Below, one piece after another: positions 8,745-17,970 of a stretch of DNA of 64,000 bases. Under the pieces are notes generated by a model. The model was not told the DNA's origin and searched no databases. It was given only the letters and a program-made list of their open reading frames with translations. Position 1 is the first letter of the stretch. Each line of letters starts with the position of its first letter. The position numbers and the translations under genes were made by a program. Origin of the DNA: Hyphomicrobiales bacterium (GTDB lineage Bacteria; Pseudomonadota; Alphaproteobacteria; Rhizobiales; Rhizobiaceae); the NCBI GenBank assembly GCA_030456445.1, contig JAKDNM010000003.1, positions 4,981 through 68,980 on the forward strand. The letters run 5' to 3'.

Positions 8745-9794
8745 ATGGAACGGCTTTTGAAGCGGCTTGGCGGGGCGATGCTCGGCTTGGCGATAGCCTC
8801 GTTCACGGGCTTTGCAGGCGTTTCCGCGGCATCGGCGGAAACCGTGTTGAAATATTCTCCGTGGTTGCCGCCGCAGCATGCGGTCCATGTCGGCTTGCTC
8901 CGCCCGTGGGGCGAGGAGGTCGAGCGGGTGACGGACGGCCGCGTCAAGCTTGAATTCCTGCCCAAGGCGGTCGGCAAGCCGGCGGAGCAGTTCGATGTCG
9001 TGCGCGACGGGCTTGCCGATATGGGCGTCATCCTGCCCGGCTATACGCCCGGCAGGTTTCCGTTGCTCGAAATCGGCGAACTGCCCCTTCTTTCCAGCGA
9101 CGCCGCCGTGATCGCGCCGGCATTCTATCGCATCTACACGAAGTACCTTGAGCCGCTTCAGCCGCTCAAAGGCACCCACGTCATTACCATCTTCTCGACT
9201 ACGCCCAACCAGATCGTCACCAAGGGCTCGATCGTCAGGAAGGTGGCCGACTTGAACGGTTTGAAGCTCCGTGCGCCGACCGTGACCAGCATTCCGATCA
9301 TCAATGCGCTGGGGGCCGTTCCCGTGCAGAAGCCGGTGTCGGAGATGTACGAACTCGCCTCGAGCGGGATCGTCGACGGCACGTTCTTCGCGGCGACCGC
9401 CGTGGTCGACTGGAAACTCGGCAAGCTTCTTCCCTACATGACCAAGGTGCCCGGCGGCATCGGCCAGCCTGTCATGGCATTCCTGATCAATGAGGCGAAA
9501 TGGGATTCCATTTCCGAGGCCGATCGGAAGGCGATCACGGCCATTTCCGGCGAGGCCCTGGCGGCGAAGGCGGGGGAAAATTATGCTGCCTCCGAGAACG
9601 AAGCCTACGGCAAGCTGAAGGCCGACGGCGTGACCATTGAAGACGCGAACCCCGAACTGACCTCGCAACTCGAGAAGACGCTCGCTCCTATTGACGAAAA
9701 ATGGGTCGAGACAGCCAAGCAGGACGGTCTCGACAATGCCGAGACCATCCTGGGTGAGTTCCGCGCGGAGCTCAAGAAGGCTTCGGCCAACTGA
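8745..9794 (+). CDS. dctP: TRAP transporter substrate-binding protein (DctP family), stand-alone copy
   Basis: Signal peptide, LKYSPWLPP, DGLADM, GLKLRAP, SGIVDG; near paralog of 19923-20975. Confidence 0.9.
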   Translation: MERLLKRLGGAMLGLAIASFTGFAGVSAASAETVLKYSPWLPPQHAVHVGLLRPWGEEVERVTDGRVKLEFLPKAVGKPAEQFDVVRDGLADMGVILPGYTPGRFPLLEIGELPLLSSDAAVIAPAFYRIYTKYLEPLQPLKGTHVITIFSTTPNQIVTKGSIVRKVADLNGLKLRAPTVTSIPIINALGAVPVQKPVSEMYELASSGIVDGTFFAATAVVDWKLGKLLPYMTKVPGGIGQPVMAFLINEAKWDSISEADRKAITAISGEALAAKAGENYAASENEAYGKLKADGVTIEDANPELTSQLEKTLAPIDEKWVETAKQDGLDNAETILGEFRAELKKASAN

Positions 9795-9813
9795 GTATGC
9801 AATTGCCGACCCC

Positions 9814-9859
9814 GAGCATCGGACCGGAGATGGATTCCGTTTTCGGTCCGATGCCGCTC
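9814..9859 (+). repeat. Hairpin variant of the RIME-like repeat family
   Basis: 11-bp stem GCATCGGACCG (9816-9826)/CGGTCCGATGC (9844-9854), same GAGCA...CCG-TTTT...TGC layout as 6595 and 54503. Confidence 0.55.
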
Positions 9860-10001
9860 AGAGACCGTTTGAGAATGCGTGAGGCCGGGCTGCAAACGGG
9901 GTTCGGCTGCGCGCCGATGCTCACGTACTTAAAGTACGCTCCGCTTCGGTGCTCGCCAAACACCGTTTTCGCCTCGGCCTGACGAATTTCAAACGGTCTC
10001 T
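9860..10001. mobile_element. 142-bp MITE/REP-like palindromic element
   Basis: Perfect 13-bp terminal inverted repeats AGAGACCGTTTGA (9860-9872)/TCAAACGGTCTCT (9989-10001), imperfect palindromy throughout, central CGTAC-TTAAA-GTACG hairpin, no coding capacity. Confidence 0.7.
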
Positions 10002-10104
10002 CGGGGCGCGAGGTTGGCGGTTGTGCGTAACGACGCACGCATGATGCTCGGGTAGCGCCATAGCCATGGACAACAATGTTGCTTAACGTCCCAAGATGGT
10101 TGCG

Positions 10105-10136
10105 TACCCATAAGAATGGCGATATACCGATTGGTA
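10105..10136. promoter_or_regulatory. Tandem operator pair (TACYnATnRGTA family)
   Basis: TACCCATAAGAA 10105-10116 and TACCGATTGGTA 10125-10136, 20 bp apart. Confidence 0.7.
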
Positions 10137-10184
10137 TGAGTAAACGGAAACCACCGTTTCCGCGAGATATCCGAGACCACCGCG

Positions 10185-11771
10185 ATGAACCCGCCCTTCA
10201 GCAGAACGTTGCCCGATCTTCTTCGCGAGAAGGCCGAAGGCACCCCTGATGCGGTTGCCGCCGTCAGTGGCGACAGGCGAGCCACCTATCGCGAACTCGC
10301 GCACCGCGCCCAGGCGGTTGCGGCGGAGATAAGACGGCGTGGCGTACGGCGTGGCGATCGGGTCGGCTTGATCCTGGGCAACGGCATCGAATGGCTCGAA
10401 ATCGCCTTCGGCGCCATGACGGCGGGAGCGGTGGCGGTTCCTTTCAGTACCTGGTCGACGAGGAAGGAACTCGAATTCCTCATACCGGATTCGAAGGTGA
10501 AGCTGCTGTTTGCCGTAACCTCCTTCGGCGACCGTAATTTCAGCGCCGATCTGGAGGCGCTCGATGTTGCCGATCTACCCGTCATCGTGCTGGGCGATGG
10601 CGAAGGTGGCCGATTCGAGAATTACGACGGTTTCGTCAGCGATCCGGACGCCGTTTGCGCGTTGCCTCCGGGCGAAGGACCGAGTGCCTGCGACGACGCC
10701 TATGTCCTTTACACGTCCGGCTCCACAAGCGCGCCCAAAGGCGTGAGGCTTAAACATTACGGCGTGGTGGAGAACGGCTACAATATTGGTGAGCGCCAGG
10801 GACTTGGGATGTCCGACCGGGTTCTGCTCTCTGCTCCGCTCTTCTGGTCGTACGGAGGAGCGAATGCCTTGCCCGCCGCCTTCTCCCACGGCGCGCGGCT
10901 CGTGCTGATGGAAAAGTTCGACCCGGCACGCGCTTTGGAGGTGATCGAGCGGGAGAAATGCACCTCGATCTACACCCTGCCGGCCATTACAAACGCTCTT
11001 CTGCGGGAGCCCGGCTTCAACAAGCAACGAATGGCCAGTCTCCGTACGGGGCTAACGATCGGTGCGCCCAAGGATTTTCTCGCTGCCGCGGAATCGCTCG
11101 GCATTTCCGAATTGTGCAACATCTACGGGGCAACCGAGACCTATGGCAATTGCGCCGTCGCTTGGCATCACTGGCCGATCGAGACGCGGGCAAAATGCCA
11201 GGGCCAACCCTTGCCCGGCCAGGAATTTCGCATCCGTGACGAGGGCACGGGGGAGATCGTCGGCCGGGACAAAGCGGGTTTCGTCGAGGTTCGCGGCTAT
11301 GTGACGCCCGGATATACGGGGGCGAGTTCGGCACTGAACACGGACGCATTCACCGATGACGGGTATTACCGCACCGGCGATATCGGAATGATCGACGAGA
11401 ATGGAGCTTTCGTATTCGTCGGCAGAAGCGTGGAGATGATCAAGCGAGCGGGCATCAATGTTTCGCCCGCGGAGATCGAGGACGTACTTCTTGAGCATGG
11501 GAGCATCGAGGCGGCTGCCGTCGTTGGCGTCCCCGACCATGATCGCGGCGAAGCGATCGTGGCGTTCGTTGTGACCGTCAAGGCAAGCGGGCTCGCCCGG
11601 GAAGACATCATCGCGCATTGCCGGGCCGCACTTTCGAAATACAAGATTCCTGACTTTGTCGAGATTCGCGGCGCATTGCCTCTGACGCCGACAGGCAAGC
11701 TCGCGCGCAAGGAGCTCAAGCAGGAAGCCCTGGAAGCGGTAGGCGCTTCATCTCCGGACAATGCGCAATGA
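10185..11771 (+). CDS. AMP-forming acyl-CoA synthetase (class I adenylate-forming)
   Basis: YTSGSTSAPKG, YGATE, YRTGD, PTGKLARK motifs. Confidence 0.95.
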   Translation: MNPPFSRTLPDLLREKAEGTPDAVAAVSGDRRATYRELAHRAQAVAAEIRRRGVRRGDRVGLILGNGIEWLEIAFGAMTAGAVAVPFSTWSTRKELEFLIPDSKVKLLFAVTSFGDRNFSADLEALDVADLPVIVLGDGEGGRFENYDGFVSDPDAVCALPPGEGPSACDDAYVLYTSGSTSAPKGVRLKHYGVVENGYNIGERQGLGMSDRVLLSAPLFWSYGGANALPAAFSHGARLVLMEKFDPARALEVIEREKCTSIYTLPAITNALLREPGFNKQRMASLRTGLTIGAPKDFLAAAESLGISELCNIYGATETYGNCAVAWHHWPIETRAKCQGQPLPGQEFRIRDEGTGEIVGRDKAGFVEVRGYVTPGYTGASSALNTDAFTDDGYYRTGDIGMIDENGAFVFVGRSVEMIKRAGINVSPAEIEDVLLEHGSIEAAAVVGVPDHDRGEAIVAFVVTVKASGLAREDIIAHCRAALSKYKIPDFVEIRGALPLTPTGKLARKELKQEALEAVGASSPDNAQ

Positions 11772-12634
11772 AGGAGGCATGGCACCGCTGGGGGGAAGCT
11801 GACGAGGTCGGCGCTCTCAATGCGATCGGCCCCGCCGAAGTGGTGGCTGCGGCCAGGCTCGTAAGCGAAGGCAGGGTCCTGTCTCTCGCGCAACCCGTCT
11901 CGCCCGGCATGATGATTCCGGAGCACAGGCCCGGGATGATGCATTTCATGGGCCGTGACGGTGGCGATTATGCCGCCGGCGGGCGGCGGCCCGGCGGTTT
12001 CCAGTTCTCGGAAGATACCATAGTCATGCCCATGCATGGGGGCACGCATCTCGATGCGCTCTGCCACTGCTGGTACGACGACGCGCTTTATAACGGCTTC
12101 TCCGCAACCGAAGTGCGCAGTGACGGTGCCCGGCGTTGTGGCGTGGACAAAATGCCGCCGATCGTGACGCGAGGCGTCCTGATCGACTTCGTTGCGCTGA
12201 CGGGGGCACCGCTCGCGGACGGCCATGTGATCGGTGCCGACCTGCTTGGTCAGGCGATATCGGCTGCCGGCGTTTCCCCACGCAAGGGCGACGCGGTGCT
12301 CCTGCGCACCGGCTGGCAGGAAAGACAGGTGCCGGGACAGGCCGACTTCAATGCCGAGCCGGGCCTTGATGTGGAGGCCGCTCTTCAACTGGCGCAAGCA
12401 GAGGTCGCCCTGATCGGCGCGGATAATTTCGCCGTCGAAGTCCTGCCCTTCCCCGAAGGCCAGGTCTTTCCTGTGCATCAGCGCCTCATCCGCGACTACG
12501 GCATTCCCCTTCTGGAAGGCCTTATGCTGGAGGAACTCGGGCGTGTGAAGCCTGGTCCGTTCCTGTTCCTCACTGCGCCTCTCAGCATCGTCGGCGGCAC
12601 GGCAAGCCCCGTAAATCCCGTGGCGGTCCTGTGA
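11768..12634 (+). CDS. Cyclase family metal hydrolase (kynurenine formamidase-like)
   Basis: HGGTHLDALCH (HxGTHxD) motif, LLRTGW, GADN; ATGA overlap with ligase stop. Confidence 0.9.
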   Translation: MKEAWHRWGEADEVGALNAIGPAEVVAAARLVSEGRVLSLAQPVSPGMMIPEHRPGMMHFMGRDGGDYAAGGRRPGGFQFSEDTIVMPMHGGTHLDALCHCWYDDALYNGFSATEVRSDGARRCGVDKMPPIVTRGVLIDFVALTGAPLADGHVIGADLLGQAISAAGVSPRKGDAVLLRTGWQERQVPGQADFNAEPGLDVEAALQLAQAEVALIGADNFAVEVLPFPEGQVFPVHQRLIRDYGIPLLEGLMLEELGRVKPGPFLFLTAPLSIVGGTASPVNPVAVL

Positions 12635-12664
12635 TGACCGGCGATATCAGACGGAGTCCGGCTC

Positions 12665-13837
12665 GTGGCTGATCTCGGTAGTTTCCTGACCGGGGTCCGC
12701 GTCCTCGATCTATCGCAATATATCCCCGGCCCGATGGCCTCGCTCTTCCTGTCCGACATGGGGGCCGAAGTCATCAAGATCGAGCCGCCGCAGGGCGACG
12801 AGATGCGCAAGCTGGGCCCGCGTGACGCGCAAGGACGTCCAGTCTTCTACCGCTCCATGAATGCGGGGAAGACAGTGCGGCGAATGAACCTGAAGGATGA
12901 CGCGGAGCGGCAGGAGTTCCTTTCGCTGGTCGCCTCGGCCGATATCGTGCTGGAGGGTTTCCGTCCGGGGGTAATGCGGCGCCTCGGCATCGACTATCCG
13001 GTGCTCAGGAAGGCAAACCCGGCCATCATCCTCTGCTCCATCAGCGGTTACGGAAAAAACGCCACGCTGAGCCCGATGGCGGGCCACGACGCGAACTACC
13101 TGGCTCTGATGGGAATGCTCGACCGTAACGGCATCGATCAGCCCGCCTTCTTCGATCCGCCCGTCTCCGATGTGGCCGGGTCGCTCTTTGCCGCAACGGT
13201 AATGCTTGGAGCGCTGCACGGCCGCGACCGCACCGGCGAGGGCTGCGAGATCGATCTCGCCCTAGCCGATACGATCATGCCGTTGCAGATGATGCAAGTC
13301 GCCGATTATGGCGCCAATGGCACGGTGCCGCGCCGCGGGACGACCTATCTGAACGGTGCTGCGGCCTATTACCAGGTCTATCGCACGCGCGATGACTGTT
13401 TCGTGGTGCTGGGTGCCGTCGAGCCGAAATTCTGGAAAACCTTCTGCGAAACAGCCGGGCGCGAGGACTGGATCGCTCGCCATGATGACGAATTTCCCCA
13501 GCACGCCCTGATGGCGGAGGTCGCGGCGTGGTTCCGCGACATGACACGCTCGCAGGCGATGGAGCGTTTCCGGCAGGCGGATTGCTGCATTACGGTCGTG
13601 AACGACCTCGGCACCGCGCTCGATCAGCAGCATCTGTGCGAGCGGCAACTCGTTCGCACCGGCCCTTCGGGCGAAATCCAGGCGCTGTTTCCGGCCTGGA
13701 TCGATGGTACCCCGCCGAAAAGCCGCCCCCCGCCTCTCGACTACGAATCCATGCATCGCGGGCGCGCGATACGTGAGCCTGCGGGCAATTCCACTGAAAC
13801 CAAGCAATACGAACAAGGAGGTAAGTCATGGGCCTGA
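12665..13837 (+). CDS. CaiB/BaiF family protein, 2-methylacyl-CoA racemase-like
   Basis: VRVLDLSQYIPGP, EGFRPGVMRRLG, GHDANY (racemase-type His), PVSDVAG (catalytic Asp); GTG start with GGAG RBS. Confidence 0.85.
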   Translation: MADLGSFLTGVRVLDLSQYIPGPMASLFLSDMGAEVIKIEPPQGDEMRKLGPRDAQGRPVFYRSMNAGKTVRRMNLKDDAERQEFLSLVASADIVLEGFRPGVMRRLGIDYPVLRKANPAIILCSISGYGKNATLSPMAGHDANYLALMGMLDRNGIDQPAFFDPPVSDVAGSLFAATVMLGALHGRDRTGEGCEIDLALADTIMPLQMMQVADYGANGTVPRRGTTYLNGAAAYYQVYRTRDDCFVVLGAVEPKFWKTFCETAGREDWIARHDDEFPQHALMAEVAAWFRDMTRSQAMERFRQADCCITVVNDLGTALDQQHLCERQLVRTGPSGEIQALFPAWIDGTPPKSRPPPLDYESMHRGRAIREPAGNSTETKQYEQGGKSWA

Positions 13838-14985
13838 ACCGCAAGACGGCGGTGATCGGCAGCGCCATCCTTGCACCTATAGCCGGCGACGGACAGTCGC
13901 TGGAAGAGGTGCTTTACGAGGTGTCGCAACGAGCGCTGAAAGACGCGGGGCTGTCGATGGACGACATCGACGGCATCGTCGTAGGCTCCAACGACCAGTT
14001 CGATGGCCGCGCCATATCGATCATGGCTGCATCGGGTTCGGTGGGCGGTGTCGACCGGGACATTCTTTCCACACCATCGGCCGGTGAGCACGCCTTCGTC
14101 ATGGGTGTCCTGCGCATCGCCTCGGGCCAGTACGAGACCCATCTGATCGTTTCATGGAGCCCGCTCGAAGTCTCTTCCCTGTCGGAAGCGCAGCGACTCG
14201 GTGCCGACCCTTATTTCCATCGCCGTTTGCCGCTCGATGAGGCCTCTGCCTATGCCCTTCAAGCCGCGGCACTTGGCGCAGCAGCGCCCGTCGCGCATCA
14301 ACTCGCCATGCCGATCGTCGAGCGTTCGCGCGAAAGCGGCGCTGTCGCGGGACATGATCCATCCGCATTGCCCGAGGACGAATCTGCAGGCAATGCGCGC
14401 TGGCCACTGCGCGACGGCATGATCGCAAAGGCGACCAGCGGCGCCGTCGCGCTCGTCATCGCTTCGGAAGACTATGTCCGCGAACACGCCGTCGATAATC
14501 CAGCCTGGGTACGCGGGATGGGATGGGCGACGGAAGCCGCCTTCCTCGGTGATCGCGACCTTTCGACGGCGCCTGCACTGGAGGAGGCCGCGCGGCGCGC
14601 CTACGAAGAAGCCGGCATCGGCGATCCGGGCAGCGCGTTCGATCTCGTCGAAATCACCGGCGTGACGCCTTACCAGGAGTTAATCGCCTATGACGCGCTC
14701 GGCCTCTCGCGACGTGATGCGTGGAAAGAGGACGTCGAGAAGGGGCGCTTTACAAGGACCGGCCAACTGCCAGTCAACCCGTCGGGGGGTGCTGTCGCGC
14801 TCAATCCGGTCTTCTGCACTGGGCTCATGCGCATCGCCGAGGCGGCACGCCAGATCCGCGGAACCGCGGGCAAGCATCAGATCGAGAACGCGAAACTTGC
14901 GCTCGCTCACGCCGCCAGCGGCATGGCTATGATGTACCAGACGGTCCTCATCTTCGGAAACCAGCAGGAAGGAGGCCGGTCATGA
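13828..14985 (+). CDS. Thiolase-fold protein, Ltp4-like (no catalytic Cys)
   Basis: GSNDQFDGRAIS, DPY, NPAWV, VNPSGG, LAHAASG resemble actinobacterial Ltp4 as remembered. Confidence 0.8.
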   Translation: MGLNRKTAVIGSAILAPIAGDGQSLEEVLYEVSQRALKDAGLSMDDIDGIVVGSNDQFDGRAISIMAASGSVGGVDRDILSTPSAGEHAFVMGVLRIASGQYETHLIVSWSPLEVSSLSEAQRLGADPYFHRRLPLDEASAYALQAAALGAAAPVAHQLAMPIVERSRESGAVAGHDPSALPEDESAGNARWPLRDGMIAKATSGAVALVIASEDYVREHAVDNPAWVRGMGWATEAAFLGDRDLSTAPALEEAARRAYEEAGIGDPGSAFDLVEITGVTPYQELIAYDALGLSRRDAWKEDVEKGRFTRTGQLPVNPSGGAVALNPVFCTGLMRIAEAARQIRGTAGKHQIENAKLALAHAASGMAMMYQTVLIFGNQQEGGRS

Positions 14986-16160
14986 ACGCTCCCCGCGTCG
15001 GAATCATCGGCATCGGCCAGTCGGCGTTCAAATCGCGCCGGGACGATGCGAGTTATCCTGACCTCGTCAGGGAAGCGGTCAATATCGCCCTGGCGCAATC
15101 GTCGCTGGACCTGGATGCGATCGAGGCGATCGTCTACTCGCTTTCGCCCGACGCCATGGTCGGCATCGGTAATGCCGAGCGTCTCGGTGTCGATGCGGTG
15201 GGCGGGCGCAACAAGCGCTTCCTGCGCATAAACACCGGCGGTTCGACGGGCATCTCAAGCGTTGCGGCGGCCTATTACCATGTCGCTGCCGGCGCCTGCG
15301 ACGTCGTCATGACGGCCGGCGCTGACAAGGTCGGCGAGTGCGGCGATTCACAGACCGTTTTGAACAAGATCTGGGACCCGATCTACGAGCGTCCGCTACC
15401 GCAGGGGACGATCACCATGCTTGCCATGTCGGGCATTCGCTATGCCAACAAATACGGCATGAGCGAAGAGGACATGGCACGCGTCGTCGTCAAGAACCGC
15501 AAGCACGCCTCCCTCAATACGAACGCCCATTTGCGCAAGGAAACCACGGTCGAGGAGGTTATGGCCTCGCGCTATATTTCCTGGCCTATCAAGCTGATGG
15601 ACTGCTGCCCGCAGTCAAGCGGCGGCGGGGCGATGGTCCTGGCTTCCGAGCGCTTCATCAAGGAGAACCGGCTTGATGCCGTGTGGATCACGGGCGTGGG
15701 CCACTGCTCCGAGACCTATTATATCGGCGACCGCATGGGGACCGGCTATACCGCCGACCATGGCGATGCCTACGCGCTGGGCAACTCCTTCAAGCGCGCG
15801 TTCAAGATGGCGGGCATCACGGACCCGCGCAAGCAGGTCGACGTCGCGGAACTCTACGCGCCCTTCAGCAATACCGAATTCCACGCGATCGAAGCGGCGG
15901 GCCTCGCTGGCCACGGCGAAGCCGTCCAGGGTGTCAAAGAAGGGCGCTTCGGTATCGGTGGCGACATTCCGGTCAATCCATCGGGCGGAACATTGTGCAC
16001 CAATGCCATCGCGGTCACGGCCATGATCCGCGTTGCCGAAGTTGCGCTGCAGGTCTCGGGCAGGGCCGGAGGCCACCAGGTCAAGGATGCGAAGCTGGGC
16101 ATCGCCAGCGGTAATGGAGGCGATCACCAGTTCTTCGGAACGATGGTCGTCGAAGCTTGA
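14982..16160 (+). CDS. Thiolase-fold protein, Ltp3-like (no catalytic Cys)
   Basis: GIGQS, LVREAV, INTGGSTG in place of Cys loop, ELYAPFS, VNPSGG; RBS GGAGG, ATGA overlap. Confidence 0.8.
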   Translation: MNAPRVGIIGIGQSAFKSRRDDASYPDLVREAVNIALAQSSLDLDAIEAIVYSLSPDAMVGIGNAERLGVDAVGGRNKRFLRINTGGSTGISSVAAAYYHVAAGACDVVMTAGADKVGECGDSQTVLNKIWDPIYERPLPQGTITMLAMSGIRYANKYGMSEEDMARVVVKNRKHASLNTNAHLRKETTVEEVMASRYISWPIKLMDCCPQSSGGGAMVLASERFIKENRLDAVWITGVGHCSETYYIGDRMGTGYTADHGDAYALGNSFKRAFKMAGITDPRKQVDVAELYAPFSNTEFHAIEAAGLAGHGEAVQGVKEGRFGIGGDIPVNPSGGTLCTNAIAVTAMIRVAEVALQVSGRAGGHQVKDAKLGIASGNGGDHQFFGTMVVEA

Positions 16161-16173
16161 GAGGATAGGAAAA

Positions 16174-16626
16174 ATGGAACTTCTGAAACGCCAGGAAAAG
16201 TGGGACATCACGTACACGCACGCATTGGGTGAGGTGGCGAGTTGGTTCTTCGTGCAGATTCGCGACAATGCGAAGATCTACGGTCGTCGCTGCGCCAAGA
16301 CGGGCCGCGTGCTGGTTCCGCCGAGAGCCTTTTCGGACCAGACGCTTGAGCCGACGACCGAATGGGTCGAGGTCGGGCCGGGCGGCAGGATCGAGACATT
16401 CACGATGGTCTACGAGCCTTTCCAGCACCTTCCGGAACCGCCCTACGCTTTCGGTTTCGTGCAGTTGGACGGTGCGGATACGGCGATCGGCGGCTTCTTC
16501 AAGGGCGTGGATCTCTCCGACCCCGCCAAGGCTGCCGAGAAGCTCGCGATCGGCACGAGGGTGAAGACCGTGTTTGCCGACAAGCGGGTCGGCGACCTGA
16601 TCGACTTCTGGTTCGAACTGGCCTGA
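16174..16626 (+). CDS. DUF35 OB-fold protein with degenerate Zn ribbon
   Basis: DITYT...GRVLVPP...QLDGADT...GTRV; only one Cys in the ribbon region. Confidence 0.85.
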   Translation: MELLKRQEKWDITYTHALGEVASWFFVQIRDNAKIYGRRCAKTGRVLVPPRAFSDQTLEPTTEWVEVGPGGRIETFTMVYEPFQHLPEPPYAFGFVQLDGADTAIGGFFKGVDLSDPAKAAEKLAIGTRVKTVFADKRVGDLIDFWFELA

Positions 16627-16636
16627 CCGGATCGCT

Positions 16637-16662
16637 CGCGGCGGCGGTTATGCGCCGCCGCG
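16637..16662 (+). terminator. GC-rich stem-loop (terminator or mRNA-stabilising hairpin)
   Basis: Perfect 10-bp stem CGCGGCGGCG/CGCCGCCGCG, loop GTTATG, no U-tract. Confidence 0.4.
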
Positions 16663-16713
16663 TGGTCCTTGCGTCACCCGCTTCGGCTGGAGCGGATCAC
16701 ACATATACGGAGA

Positions 16714-17889
16714 ATGAGCCTTCCAATGATCCCGCGTACGATCTTTTCCGAGGAACACGAGATTTTCCGGCAGTCGGTACAGCGGTTCATCGCCGACGAG
16801 ATCACGCCGTTCCATGGTGAATGGGAAAAGGCTGGTATCGTGCCGCGTGAGGCATGGCTCAAGGCTGGACGCGAGGGCTTCCTGTGCATGACCATGCCGG
16901 AGGAATATGGCGGCGCCGGCGGCGATTTCCTCCTGAGCGCGATCATGGTGGAGGAGATGGCGCGCGCCGGCGCGACCGGCCCCACTTTCTATCTGCATTC
17001 CGACATCGTCGCTCCCTATATCCTTCATCACGGGACGGAGGAGCAGAAGCTTAAATGGCTTCCGAAAATGGCCACCGGGGAAGTGGTGACCGCAATCGGC
17101 ATGAGCGAGCCGTCCGGGGGGAGTGACCTTCAAAATATCAAGACCACGGCTCGGCGCGAAGGCGACGAGTATGTGATCAACGGGCAGAAGGTATTCATCA
17201 CCTCGGGGCATGCGGCGGATCTGCTGGTCCTGGCGTGCAAGACGGACCCTGACGCCGGCTCCAAGGGAGTGAGCCTCGTCCTTGTCGAGACCGATCGTCC
17301 CGGCTTCCAGCGAGGGCGGATGCTGGAGAAGATCGGCTGCAAGGCCCAGGACACGGCGGAACTCTTCTTCTCCGACCTTCGCGTGCCCGTCACGAACCTC
17401 CTCGGGGAGGAAAATCGCGGCTTTTATGTGCTGATGAAGGAACTGGCTCAGGAGAGGCTGATACAGGCGATCCGCGCGATCGGGTCTTCTGAAGCGGCCC
17501 TGGAATGGACGATTGCCTACGCGCAAGACCGCAAGATGTTCGGTCATACGCTTGCCGATTTCCAGAACACGCAATTCAAGCTGGCAGAGATGCGCGCGGA
17601 CCTGACGATGCAGCGGGTTTTCATCGACCGTTGTCTGGATCTCCATGTGCGGGGCGAGCTGGATTCGGTCGATGCAGCCATGGCGAAGCTCGTCTCCACC
17701 GAATTGCAGGGCAAGGTGATGGATCAGTGCCTGCAACTGTTCGGCGGCTGGGGCTACATGTGGGAATATCCGATAGCGCGGGCATTCGTGGATGCCCGCA
17801 TGGGACGGATCGGCGGCGGCAGCGTCGAGGTGATGAAGCAGATCATCGCGCGCAGCATGCTTGGCTCCTCCGCGAAGAAGAAGGGCTGA
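16714..17889 (+). CDS. Acyl-CoA dehydrogenase (LCAD-type catalytic Glu position)
   Basis: AIGMSEPSGGSD, NGQKVFITSG, LAQERL, QLFGGWGY, RIGGGS; start 16714 or 16726. Confidence 0.95.
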   Translation: MSLPMIPRTIFSEEHEIFRQSVQRFIADEITPFHGEWEKAGIVPREAWLKAGREGFLCMTMPEEYGGAGGDFLLSAIMVEEMARAGATGPTFYLHSDIVAPYILHHGTEEQKLKWLPKMATGEVVTAIGMSEPSGGSDLQNIKTTARREGDEYVINGQKVFITSGHAADLLVLACKTDPDAGSKGVSLVLVETDRPGFQRGRMLEKIGCKAQDTAELFFSDLRVPVTNLLGEENRGFYVLMKELAQERLIQAIRAIGSSEAALEWTIAYAQDRKMFGHTLADFQNTQFKLAEMRADLTMQRVFIDRCLDLHVRGELDSVDAAMAKLVSTELQGKVMDQCLQLFGGWGYMWEYPIARAFVDARMGRIGGGSVEVMKQIIARSMLGSSAKKKG

Positions 17890-17945
17890 AATGGTCGTGC
17901 GCACTGGTTCAATTCCGACCAGTGCTATAAGCCGGTAGCATTGGA

Positions 17946-17957
17946 TACCAATCGGCT
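17946..17957. promoter_or_regulatory. Operator site before tetR (possible autoregulation)
   Basis: TACCAATCGGCT, 2 mismatches to TACYnATnRGTA. Confidence 0.5.
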
Positions 17958-17970
17958 TGAGGACATACTT

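Noticed and set aside
12634-12672. 12-codon ORF starting in the cyclase stop codon (TGATG)
   Set aside because: The downstream GTG has its own GGAG RBS; likely chance
5020-17889. Steroid degradation cluster
   Set aside because: Despite Ltp-like genes there are no KstD, Ksh, Hsa or Chs-type ring or side-chain enzymes in the window
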